Positions 1-9,504 of a DNA stretch of 64,000 nucleotides are shown piece after piece. Numbering within the stretch: position 1 is the first letter of the stretch; every line of letters begins with the position of its first letter. Source of the DNA: Nitrospirota bacterium (lineage in GTDB: Bacteria; Nitrospirota; UBA9217). Where the stretch lies: positions 832,001-896,000 of the forward strand of contig CAWBNQ010000001.1 of the NCBI GenBank assembly GCA_963790205.1. The letters are read 5' to 3'. Position numbers and translations under genes: made by a program. The notes beneath the pieces are model-generated. The model was not told the origin of the DNA. It searched no databases and was given only the letters and a program-made list of their open reading frames with translations.

Positions 1-675
1 AAGCGGAACGGGAAGACCGTGACCTTCATGCCCAAACCTCTTTTCGGAGATAACGGCTCGGGCATGCATACCCACCAGTCCATCTGGAAGGGCGGCAAGC
101 CCCTGTTCTCCGGTGACCAGTATGCCGGCATGTCCCAGATGGCGCTCCACTACATCGGCGGCATCCTCAAACATGCGAAAGTGATCGCCGCCTTCACGAA
201 CCCCACGATGAACTCCTACAAACGCCTGACCCCGGGCTTCGAAGCGCCGGTGAACCTGGCCTACTCGAGCCGGAACCGCTCGGCCTCGGTCCGTATCCCG
301 ATGTACAGTGCGAACCCCAAGACCAAGAGGATCGAGGTACGCTTCCCCGACCCGTCCTGCAACCCCTACATGGCCTTCGCTGCCATGCTGATGGCGGGCC
401 TCGACGGCATTGAGAACAAGATCGATCCGGGCCAGCCGCTCGACAAGGACATCTATGATATGGCTCCGGAAGAACTGGCGAACGTGCCTTCCATGCCGGG
501 ATCGCTTGAAGAGGCGCTGGACAACCTCGAAGCGGACCACAGCTTCTTGATGAAGGGCGACGTGTTCACCAAGGACGCCATCGAAATGCATATCAACTAC
601 AAGAGGACCAAGGAAGTGGACGCGCTCCGGCTCCGTCCCCATCCTTACGAGTTCTTCCTGTACTATGACATTTAA
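1..675 (+). CDS. glnA: Type I glutamine synthetase (5'-truncated by window edge)
   Basis: [43 protein letters not shown] motifs; adenylylation-loop DIYD. Confidence 0.97.
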   Translation, partial: KRNGKTVTFMPKPLFGDNGSGMHTHQSIWKGGKPLFSGDQYAGMSQMALHYIGGILKHAKVIAAFTNPTMNSYKRLTPGFEAPVNLAYSSRNRSASVRIPMYSANPKTKRIEVRFPDPSCNPYMAFAAMLMAGLDGIENKIDPGQPLDKDIYDMAPEELANVPSMPGSLEEALDNLEADHSFLMKGDVFTKDAIEMHINYKRTKEVDALRLRPHPYEFFLYYDI

Positions 676-698
676 CAGTTGATTGATGCACTGCACTC

Positions 699-738
699 AA
701 AACCGGAACTCTCTTAATGAAAGGGTTCCGGTTTTTTT
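699..738 (+). terminator. Intrinsic terminator after glnA
   Basis: AAAACCGGAACTCT..AGGGTTCCGGTTTTTTT stem plus U tract. Confidence 0.8.
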
Positions 739-810
739 CGTCTGTAGCTTTTTCCCTCCGTCGCTTCACCTTGTTTGAACTTGTCGCCGGTCTCACGCTA
801 TAATATCATT

Positions 811-3800
811 ATGAAACTGTCCGATCTTCTTGACACTCGGGTCATCACCGTCAACCTGAAGGCACGGGACAAAAGAGGGGCTTTGGAGGAGATGGTCGGC
901 ATTCTCCGGAGGTCCGGGCGGCTCAGGGACTCCGGTGAAATAGTCAAAGCCCTTCTGGACAGGGAGGCCACCGAGAGCACCGCCGTGGGACGGGGGGTGG
1001 CGTTTCCCCACGCGAGGGTGGACGGCCTGAAGGACCCCGTTGCCCTCCTCGCTGTGTCAAAAAGGGGCGTTGATTTTTTTGCCAGGGATCATCATCCAGT
1101 CCACTTGTTCTTTCTTTTTTTGACCCCCACGGAAAAGACGGATGTTCATCTCCAGATTCTTTCCAAGTCATCCGCGATCTTTTCCGACGCCCCTCTTTAT
1201 CACACCCTCAAGCGGGTCAGGACCCCTCATTCCGCCCTCGGTCTCCTCCTCCATCATGAAAAGGGCGGGAAGGAGGTCTTCTTCCCGCTGCCTCTGGAGA
1301 ACATCTACGAGGAACTCGGCACGGATGCGTCCGGGCTGACGGAAGAGGAGGCATTGAAAAGGCTGGAACGCTACGGCCCCAATGTCCTGAAAGAGGTCAG
1401 GGGAAAGCCCCTCCTCTTACGGTTTATCGAGAACTTTACAAGTTTTTTCGCCCTCCTCCTCTGGACAGGAGGAATTCTGGCATTTTTCGCCCGACATGCC
1501 GGAGCTTGGCTGGGCCATCTTTGCCGTAATCATCATCAATGCGGTCTTCAGCTTCTGGCAGGAGTACAAGGCGGAACGGGCACTGGAGGCGCTCAAGAGG
1601 CTTCTACCCCGCATGGCCCGCGTCCTCCGGGCCGGGACGAAGAAGGAGGTGCCGGCAACGGACCTTGTCCCCGGGGACATTATTCTCCTGGAGGAAGGAG
1701 ACGCTGTCTCGGCGGATGCGCGGCTCATTGAAGCATCGGACATGCGGGTCGACAACTCTACACTTACCGGCGAGTCGAAGCCGATCCATAAAACAGCTGA
1801 GGCGGTCGCTGACGGCAGGGAGTTTCTCTGGACCGAGATCCCGAACCTCGTTTTTGCGGGCACAACGGTTTCATCCGGAAGCGGCAGGGGCGCGGTCATC
1901 GCAACGGGGATGCACACGGAGATCGGCAGGATCGCCTCCCTTACCCAGGAGCTGAAGGATGAAAAAAGTCCTCTTCAGCACGAGATAGAAAAGGTAACAA
2001 AAATCGTCACCATCCTCTCGGTGTCAATGGGCGTCCTCTTCTTCTTCATCGGGACCTCCCTCGGCAAGCTGAGCCTCGCCGCTGCATTCCTCTTCGCCAT
2101 AGGGATCATCGTCGCCAATGTGCCCGAGGGGCTCCTACCTACTGTTTCCCTGTCCCTGGCAATGGCAGTGCAGCGCATGGTCAAAAGGAACGTGCTGGTG
2201 AAAAAACTCTCGTCGGTAGAGACCCTGGGGTGCACGACGGTCATCTGCACGGACAAGACCGGCACGCTCACGACCAACGAGATGACAGTGACAAAGATAT
2301 GGGTCAACGGGAAAGTGATCGAGATAAGCGGTGCGCACTACGAGCCTGCTGGAAATTTTTATTACCAGGGGGTCTCGTTGTCGCGCGAGGAGATGAGGGA
2401 GAACGGCCTTTACCGGCTCTTTGACGCTTCGATCCTCTGCAACAGCTCTTCTTTGCTTCCTCCTCAAAAAGCCGGAGATAGGTGGTCAATTCTGGGAGAC
2501 CCAACCGAAGCTGCCCTCCTGGTCATGGCCGCAAAAGGGGGGATTGACATTGCTGCAAGGAGCCGCGCCTTCCCCCGGATCGGCCATCTTCCTTTCGAGT
2601 CCGTGAGGAAGCGGATGACCTGTATCAACCTTGTCGAGGGCAGGCCCGCGGCCCACGTCAAAGGAGCGCCTGCGGAGACCCTGGTGCTTTGCACGCACAT
2701 TCTTCTGAACAACAGAAGCGAACCGCTGACAGACGAGCTTCGCCGGAACATCCTGTTGGAAAACGATGCCCTTGCAAAGGACGGGCTGCGCGTGCTCGGG
2801 ATCGCAGAGAGGCCTCTTGAGTCCGATGGCGGATTCAGCGTCGAGAAGACCGAGAGGGACTTGATCTTCCTGGGACTCACCGGAATGATGGACCCGCCGC
2901 GGCCTGAGGTGCCCAAGGCCATGGAGCTTTGCCGCAGGGCGGGGATCAAAGCAATCATGATCACCGGAGACTACGGCCTCACTGCCCTCGCCATAGCGAA
3001 AAAGATCGGCCTTGCGCGGACGGAGAACCCGCGCGTTATGACAGGCCATGAGCTCTCCGAGATCGACGAGGAAGGCCTCAATCGGATTTTGAAGGAAGAG
3101 GTGATCTTCGCCCGGGTCTCGCCCGAGCACAAGATGAGGATCGTTTCAGCCCTGAAGCAATCGGGCGAGGTCGTCGCGGTGACCGGCGACGGGGTGAACG
3201 ACGCGCCTGCGCTTAAGAAGGCGGACATCGGCGTGGCCATGGGCATGCGGGGCTCCGACGTGGCCAAGGAAGCTGCGGCCATGATCCTCATTGATGACAA
3301 CTTCGCCTCCATCGTGTCGGCCATCGAAGAGGGCCGGGCCGTGTATTCCAATATCAAGAAGTTCGTGGCCTACATATTCGCGAGCAACATCCCCGAGGTC
3401 GTTCCCTTCATCGCCTTCGTCCTGTTCAAGATCCCTCTCCCGCTCACGGTGATGCAGATCCTGGCCGTGGACCTGGGCACGGACCTCGTGCCTGCCCTTG
3501 GCCTCGGAACAGAGCCGCCTGAGCCCGGCACCATGGACCAGCCCCCGAGACCGCGGGACAAAAGGCTCCTCGATCTGCCGCTTCTCCTTCGGGCCTACTG
3601 TTTTCTGGGGCCCATCGAGGCGGTTGCCAGTATGGCCGGGTTCTTCTTCATCTACCTCGAAAACGGGTGGAGGCCCGGGATAGAGATGGCGGATTCGGGA
3701 ACGCTATATCTTACTGCCACAACCATGTCCCTTGCCGGTATCGTGGCCTCTCAAATCGGCAATGTCTTTGCGTGCAGGACCGAGCGGGAATCGGTATTCA

Positions 3801-4009
3801 GTGCCGGGCTCTTTGCCAACAGGCTTGTCCTGTGGGGTATCGCAACAGAGCTCGCTATCATAACATGCCTGATTTATGCGCCTCCTTTGCAAAGGATCTT
3901 CGGGCTTGCCCCTCTCGCTATCAAGGAATTGGCCTTTCTTCTGATCTTCCCTCCTATCCTTCTGTTGATGGAGGAGGCAAGGAAGAGGATCGTAAGAAGA
4001 GCAGCGTGA
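811..4009 (+). CDS. PTS EIIA domain fused to a type II (IIC, Na,K/H,K-like) P-type cation ATPase; apparent +1 frameshift at 1490-1492
   Basis: N-terminal RE..ESTAVG.GVAFPHAR (EIIA), then Cation_ATPase_N GLTEEEA..RL..YGPN; second ORF has TGES, VANVPEGL, DKTGTLT, MITGD, TGDGVND. Removing one C from GCCCGAC joins them (..LAFFADMPELG..), about 1065 aa. Confidence 0.88.
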
Positions 4010-4041
4010 GACTCTGCACCACCCCCTTTCTCGAAACTCGC

Positions 4042-4108
4042 CTTTATGAAATTTTTATGTTTTTCGCGCCGTTCTTAGCAGCAATTTAATCCCGGATATG
4101 CTTATATT
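4042..4108 (+). promoter_or_regulatory. Putative KdpE-binding region and -10 of the kdp operon
   Basis: CTTTAT-N4-TTTTTATG-N21-GCAATTTAAT then TATATT; same arrangement repeated at 9353. Confidence 0.6.
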
Positions 4109-4132
4109 TATGCATGCAGAGGAGGTAGCCGG

Positions 4133-4213
4133 ATGGACATCCTGTTTGTCGGAATTACGATTGTGCTCTTCGTTGCAAGCTGGTTTTTCGTGAAACTTGT
4201 TGAACGAGTGTAA
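4133..4213 (+). CDS. 26-aa hydrophobic peptide upstream of kdpF (KdpZ/KdpG-like)
   Basis: GGAGG RBS; MDILFVGITIVLFVASWFFVKLVERV, single TM helix; below ORF-track cutoff. Confidence 0.7.
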   Translation: MDILFVGITIVLFVASWFFVKLVERV

Positions 4214-4235
4214 AAATTGCGGGAGGGGAGACGCG

Positions 4236-4328
4236 ATGGAAATCTTCTACTGGATAGGCGGCATTCTCGCCGCAGCGTTGTTGGTCTATCTCTTGATAGC
4301 ACTTCTTAAACCGGAGGCATTGTCATGA
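4236..4328 (+). CDS. kdpF: K+-transporting ATPase subunit F
   Basis: GGAGG RBS; MEIFYWIGGILAAALLVYLLIALLKPEALS with the YL..AL.KPE signature; ATGA overlap with kdpA. Confidence 0.88.
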   Translation: MEIFYWIGGILAAALLVYLLIALLKPEALS

Positions 4329-6127
4329 CCGGCAACGATCTTGTGCAAATAATTTTATATTTTGGCGTTTTGCTGCTCCTCGCAAAACCGCTCGGTGTCT
4401 ACATGGCGCGGGTCTACGAAGGACAGCCTTCGGGCCTGGACCGAATGCTCGGCCCTTTTGAACGCCTTTTCTACCGGCTTTGCGGCATTAAGCCGGAGGA
4501 GGAAATGAGCTGGAAGAAGTACGCCGGTGCAGTGCTTCTCTTCAGCGCAGCGGGATTTTCCTTCCTCTATCTTCTGCAACGGCTTCAGGGAATGCTGCCG
4601 CTCAATCCGCAAAAGTTCGCAGGGGTCCGGCCTGACCTTGCCTTCAACACGGCAGTGAGCTTCGTTACGAACACGAACTGGCAGAACTACGGCGGTGAAA
4701 CAACGATGAGCTACCTCACGCAAATGGCAGGGCTTGCGGTCCAGAATTTCGTGTCAGCGGCAGCCGGCATGGCAGTGCTCGTTGCCATGATCCGCGGGTT
4801 CAAGAGACACTCGGCTGACACCATTGGTAATTTCTGGGCCGATCTCACCCGTTCAACGCTGTATATCCTGATCCCGCTTTCACTGATCTATTCACTGCTG
4901 CTCGTTTCGCAAGGTGTAGTCCAAACGTTCAGCGAGTACAAGACCGTGCAGCTCATTCACGGCATCACCTACGATAATCCGAAGCTCGATGCCCAGGGCT
5001 ATTCGATCAAGGATGAAAAGGGGAATCCGGTGACTGAGAAGGCGGAGATGAAAGAGCAGGTCATCCCGCTCGGCCCTGCTGCTTCTCAGATCGCGATTAA
5101 ACAGCTTGGGACGAACGGCGGCGGCTTCTTCAATGTCAATTCAGCCCATCCTTTTGAGAACCCGACCGCGCTCTCCGATTTCCTGGAGGTCCTGGCGATC
5201 CTCCTGATACCTGCTGCGCTCTGTATCACCTTCGGCAAGATGGTCGGAGACATGCGCCAGGGGTGGGCCCTTCTTGCGGCGATGATTATTGTGCTTGTCA
5301 CGCTGACGACCCTGTGTGTCTGGAGTGAACAGCACGGCAATCCGCGTTTCGCATCCATCGGGGTTGATCAACAAGCAAGCGACATGCAGCCGGGCGGCAA
5401 CATGGAGGGAAAGGAAGCGCGCTTCGGGATCGTGAACTCCGCGATCTGGGCCACCGCTACCACGGCGGCTTCGAACGGTTCCATCAATTCGATGCACGAT
5501 TCCTTCACGCCAATGGGCGGTCTCTATCCCATGGTGCTCATCCAGCTTGGCGAAGTCATCTTCGGCGGAGTCGGATCGGGACTTTACGGCATGCTGGTCC
5601 TGGCCATTATTACGGTCTTCATAGCGGGCCTCATGGTAGGGCGCACGCCGGAGTATCTGGGCAAGAAGATCGAGATGTTCGAGATGAAGATGGCCTCGGT
5701 CGCGGTACTCGTTGTCAATGCCCTGGTCAAGATCGGCACGGCAGTCGGCGTTGCGACTACAGCGGGAGCAGCGGGAGTCGCGAACCCCGGCCCGCATGGA
5801 TTTTCAGAGATCCTCTACGCCTTCTCATCTGCAGCGAACAATAACGGCAGTGCCTTTGCGGGCCTATCCGCCAACACGATCTTCTATAACACTGCCCTCG
5901 GCATCTCCATGTTCCTCGGCCGGTTCTGGGTGATCATCCCGGTGCTTGCCATTGCGGGCTCGCTTGCGAAGAAGAAGCAGGTTCCTGCGGGCTTGGGAAC
6001 GCTGCCGACCCATACGCCCTTGTTCGTGGCGCTCCTGATCGGAGTCATTGTGATCGTAGGCGCTTTGACGTTCATGCCGGCCTGGGCGCTCGGGCCGATT
6101 GCTGAACATTTGATGGCCACACGATAG
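4325..6127 (+). CDS. kdpA: K+-transporting ATPase subunit A
   Basis: NTNWQ, GTNGGG, SNGS and NNGS selectivity-filter motifs. Confidence 0.98.
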   Translation: MTGNDLVQIILYFGVLLLLAKPLGVYMARVYEGQPSGLDRMLGPFERLFYRLCGIKPEEEMSWKKYAGAVLLFSAAGFSFLYLLQRLQGMLPLNPQKFAGVRPDLAFNTAVSFVTNTNWQNYGGETTMSYLTQMAGLAVQNFVSAAAGMAVLVAMIRGFKRHSADTIGNFWADLTRSTLYILIPLSLIYSLLLVSQGVVQTFSEYKTVQLIHGITYDNPKLDAQGYSIKDEKGNPVTEKAEMKEQVIPLGPAASQIAIKQLGTNGGGFFNVNSAHPFENPTALSDFLEVLAILLIPAALCITFGKMVGDMRQGWALLAAMIIVLVTLTTLCVWSEQHGNPRFASIGVDQQASDMQPGGNMEGKEARFGIVNSAIWATATTAASNGSINSMHDSFTPMGGLYPMVLIQLGEVIFGGVGSGLYGMLVLAIITVFIAGLMVGRTPEYLGKKIEMFEMKMASVAVLVVNALVKIGTAVGVATTAGAAGVANPGPHGFSEILYAFSSAANNNGSAFAGLSANTIFYNTALGISMFLGRFWVIIPVLAIAGSLAKKKQVPAGLGTLPTHTPLFVALLIGVIVIVGALTFMPAWALGPIAEHLMATR

Positions 6128-6146
6128 CAGGAACCATTGAGGAGAA

Positions 6147-8228
6147 ATGACAATGAGCAGTAAATCGAAAAAGAGGTCGCTCTTTGAACCGATGATCGTA
6201 AAAAAAGCATTATTGGATTCGTTCAGAAAATTGAATCCAGTTTACCAGATCAAGAACCCTGTAATGTTTGTCGTGGAAATCGGCAGCATCTTGACGACAC
6301 TCCTGTTTTCTCACGCAGTGCTGACGGGAAAAGGCGAGGCGTCGCCTTCCTTCATACTGCAGATCTCCGTCTGGCTCTGGATAACGGTGCTCTTCGCCAA
6401 CTTTGCGGAATCCATGGCAGAAGGCCGCGGCAAGGCCCAAGCCGATTCGCTTCGCAAAACGCGGTGCGAGGTCATGGCCAAGCGGCTTGCGAAGCCGGAA
6501 CCTGATGCGGATGCCACCCAAGTGTCCTCTTCGCAGCTAAAAAAAGGCGATGTTGTCCTCGTGGAAGCCGGCGACATCATTCCCATGGATGGCGAAATCA
6601 TCGAGGGGGTAGCCTCGGTCAATGAAAGCGCCGTGACCGGCGAAAGCGCGCCCGTGATCCGGGAAAGCGGCGGGGACCGGAGCGCAGTCACCGGAGGGAC
6701 CACAGTCCTGTCCGACTGGCTCGTCATCCGCATCACGACAAGTCCGGGAGAGACGTTCCTTGACCGGATGATCAGCATGGTGGAAGGCGCGAAACGACAG
6801 AAGACTCCGAACGAGATCGCGCTCGACATTCTTCTTGCGGGCATGACGATCATCTTCCTGCTCGTGTGCGTGACGCTCCTTCCCTATTCTCTCTTCAGCA
6901 TCAAGGCCGCAGGTCAGGGCGCACCGATTACCATCACCGTGCTTGTTGCCCTTTTGGTATGCCTCATCCCGACCACGATCGGAGGGCTCCTCTCGGCCAT
7001 CGGCATTGCGGGCATGGACCGGATGATCCAGGCAAATGTGATCGCCATGTCGGGCAGGGCCGTAGAAGCAGCCGGAGACGTTGACGTTCTGTTGCTCGAT
7101 AAAACCGGCACCATCACTCTCGGAAACCGGCAGGCCACCGAGTTTATTCCCGCACCGGGAGTGCACGTAGGCGCACTTGCTGACGCGGCGCAGCTCGCCT
7201 CATTAGCAGATGAAACTCCCGAGGGAAGAAGCATCGTCGTTCTTGCAAAGGAAAAATATGAGCTCAGGGCGAGAGACATCCACAGTATCGGAGCAACATT
7301 CGTGCCGTTCACTGCGCAGACGCGCATGAGCGGTGTTAATCTCGACAACCGTGAAATCCGAAAAGGCGCAGCAGACTCAGTTGAAAAGTACGCCCAAAAA
7401 ATGGGCGGGACCTTCCCTTCCGATGTTCGCTCGATCGTGGATGATATTGCCAAACAGGGCGCAACGCCGCTCGTGGTTGCCGAGGGACATAAAGTGCTCG
7501 GCGTCATCCGGTTAAACGATATCGTCAAGGGAGGGATCAAGGAACGGTTCGCGGAGATGCGCAAGATGGGGATCAAGACGATTATGATCACCGGCGACAA
7601 CCCGCTGACCGCCGCCGCGGTCGCGGCCGAGGCTGGCGTAGATGATTTCCTGGCCGAGGCAACGCCCGAGGCAAAGCTCAAGCTGATCCGCGAACACCAG
7701 AAAGGCGGAAGGCTCGTGGCCATGACCGGCGACGGCACGAACGACGCGCCCGCACTCGCACAGGCGGACGTTGCCGTGGCCATGCACACCGGCACCCAGG
7801 CGGCAAAGGAAGCAGGGAACCTCGTGGACCTCGATTCCAATCCCACGAAGCTCATTCAGATCGTCGAGATCGGAAAGCAGCTTCTGATGACCCGCGGCAC
7901 GCTCACGACCTTCAGCATCGCGAACGACGTGGCGAAATATTTCGCCATTCTGCCGGCCGCGTTCATTTCCATCTATCCGGCGCTGGGAGCGCTCAACATC
8001 ATGGGCCTGGCCACCCCGCAAAGCGCCGTGTTGTCCGCGGTGATCTTTAATGCTTTAATCATTATATTCCTGGTCCCCCTGGCGCTACGCGGAGTAAAAT
8101 ACCGGCCCCTTGGGGCTTCGATTGTTCTGCGCAACAACGCACTGATCTATGGAGTCGGCGGGTTGATCGTGCCGTTCATCGGCATCAAACTGGTCGACAT
8201 GTTGATAACTGCAATGCATATAGTTTGA
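6147..8228 (+). CDS. kdpB: K+-transporting ATPase subunit B
   Basis: [41 protein letters not shown]. Confidence 0.98.
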   Translation: MTMSSKSKKRSLFEPMIVKKALLDSFRKLNPVYQIKNPVMFVVEIGSILTTLLFSHAVLTGKGEASPSFILQISVWLWITVLFANFAESMAEGRGKAQADSLRKTRCEVMAKRLAKPEPDADATQVSSSQLKKGDVVLVEAGDIIPMDGEIIEGVASVNESAVTGESAPVIRESGGDRSAVTGGTTVLSDWLVIRITTSPGETFLDRMISMVEGAKRQKTPNEIALDILLAGMTIIFLLVCVTLLPYSLFSIKAAGQGAPITITVLVALLVCLIPTTIGGLLSAIGIAGMDRMIQANVIAMSGRAVEAAGDVDVLLLDKTGTITLGNRQATEFIPAPGVHVGALADAAQLASLADETPEGRSIVVLAKEKYELRARDIHSIGATFVPFTAQTRMSGVNLDNREIRKGAADSVEKYAQKMGGTFPSDVRSIVDDIAKQGATPLVVAEGHKVLGVIRLNDIVKGGIKERFAEMRKMGIKTIMITGDNPLTAAAVAAEAGVDDFLAEATPEAKLKLIREHQKGGRLVAMTGDGTNDAPALAQADVAVAMHTGTQAAKEAGNLVDLDSNPTKLIQIVEIGKQLLMTRGTLTTFSIANDVAKYFAILPAAFISIYPALGALNIMGLATPQSAVLSAVIFNALIIIFLVPLALRGVKYRPLGASIVLRNNALIYGVGGLIVPFIGIKLVDMLITAMHIV

Positions 8229-8229
8229 G

Positions 8230-8255
8230 AACCGTTTGAACAGTTTGAACGGTTA
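8230..8255. repeat. 9-bp tandem/palindromic repeat (GTTTGAAC-type) in the kdpB-kdpC spacer
   Basis: AACCGTTTGAACAGTTTGAACGGTTA; same unit at 12201-12278. Confidence 0.7.
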
Positions 8256-8269
8256 TAACCGGAGGAAAC

Positions 8270-8842
8270 ATGTTCACCATGATTCGTAACGCATTCATGT
8301 CCTTGTTGCTGTTTACAATACTCACGGGGATTATCTACCCCCTGGCTGTGACCGGGATCGCTCAAGTAGTCTTTCCCCGTCAGGCGAACGGCAGCGTCAT
8401 CACGAAGAACGGCAAAGCCGTCGGATCGAAGCTGATCGGTCAGCAGTTCGACGACCGGAAATATTTCTGGGGAAGACCGTCGGCGACGACACCCTATCCT
8501 TATAACGGCGGGTCATCGACCGGCTCCAACCTCGGCCCGAACAACCCTGACCTCATGAAGGCTGTGCAGGCGCGTATAGATGCTCTGCGTGCCGCCGATC
8601 CGGGCAACGGGGCAAAAATCCCCGTTGACCTGGTCACGGCTTCCGGCAGCGGTCTCGATCCCCATATCAGTCCGGCTGCTGCCGAATATCAGATACGCCG
8701 AGTGGCAAAGGCCCGGGGACTCGAGGAGGCCAAGGTCCGCGACATCGTTGTCAATAACACAACAGGACGCTGGCTCGGCATGATCGGCGAGCCGGTGGTT
8801 AATGTCCTGGAACTGAACCTCGCGCTCGATGAAGAGAAGTAA
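8270..8842 (+). CDS. kdpC: K+-transporting ATPase subunit C
   Basis: [37 protein letters not shown]. Confidence 0.98.
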   Translation: MFTMIRNAFMSLLLFTILTGIIYPLAVTGIAQVVFPRQANGSVITKNGKAVGSKLIGQQFDDRKYFWGRPSATTPYPYNGGSSTGSNLGPNNPDLMKAVQARIDALRAADPGNGAKIPVDLVTASGSGLDPHISPAAAEYQIRRVAKARGLEEAKVRDIVVNNTTGRWLGMIGEPVVNVLELNLALDEEK

Positions 8843-8858
8843 CTGTGGAGGATACAAT

Positions 8859-9248
8859 ATGAAAAAGATTGCAGGGCTTCTTGCTGTTCTTCTTATCTTA
8901 TGCGCATGGCTGCCTCAGCTCGTCAACGCCGTTTCCTGGTCTCCCCTCCAGGAGGAACGTGAAGCGAAAGAAGCTAAGGGAATCATGGTGAAAGGAACAG
9001 TAGTATGCCTGTTTCAGAGCGGGACCTCGGACGTAAGGAAGGCGATCAATATTTATGATATCCTTCCTGTCTACCGGGAAAGTAGGTCCCATGAGATCCT
9101 GGAAGTAGGAAAGATCAAGGTGCTTTCCTATGTAGGGGAAGATTATTTGAAAGGCGAGGTTGTCGAAGGCGAACTGAAAGCCGGCGATATCGCGAAAAAA
9201 GGCGAGGCTGCCGGGCTGATAATATCGTCTGAAAACAGCTGTAAGTGA
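8859..9248 (+). CDS. Exported hypothetical protein within the kdp cluster
   Basis: GGAGGA RBS; signal-peptide-like MKKIAGLLAVLLILCAWL..; small, apparently beta-rich domain. Confidence 0.7.
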   Translation: MKKIAGLLAVLLILCAWLPQLVNAVSWSPLQEEREAKEAKGIMVKGTVVCLFQSGTSDVRKAINIYDILPVYRESRSHEILEVGKIKVLSYVGEDYLKGEVVEGELKAGDIAKKGEAAGLIISSENSCK

Positions 9249-9352
9249 GGTGCGCGTATATCCTCTCGACTACTCTTCCGGCAAGGCGAAACAAACGTAC
9301 CTTTGCGACCAACAGTTGAAACAGTGAAACTCCGCAGTTTACCTTCAACCAT

Positions 9353-9418
9353 CTTTATACAATTTTAATGCTTTCCGGTCCATTTTTTACGGCAATTTAA
9401 TGCAAGCCTGTCTATACT
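9353..9418 (+). promoter_or_regulatory. Second putative KdpE-binding promoter, upstream of kdpDE
   Basis: CTTTAT-N4-TTTTAATG-N21-GCAATTTAAT then TATACT; identical spacing to the 4042 site. Confidence 0.6.
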
Positions 9419-9504
9419 AAATATTCTGCACAGAATGCGCAAAATATGCGAAAATATAAATCATATAAGGTTTTCTCTGTTAATCTTTGGGAGCTTATAT
9501 ATAC

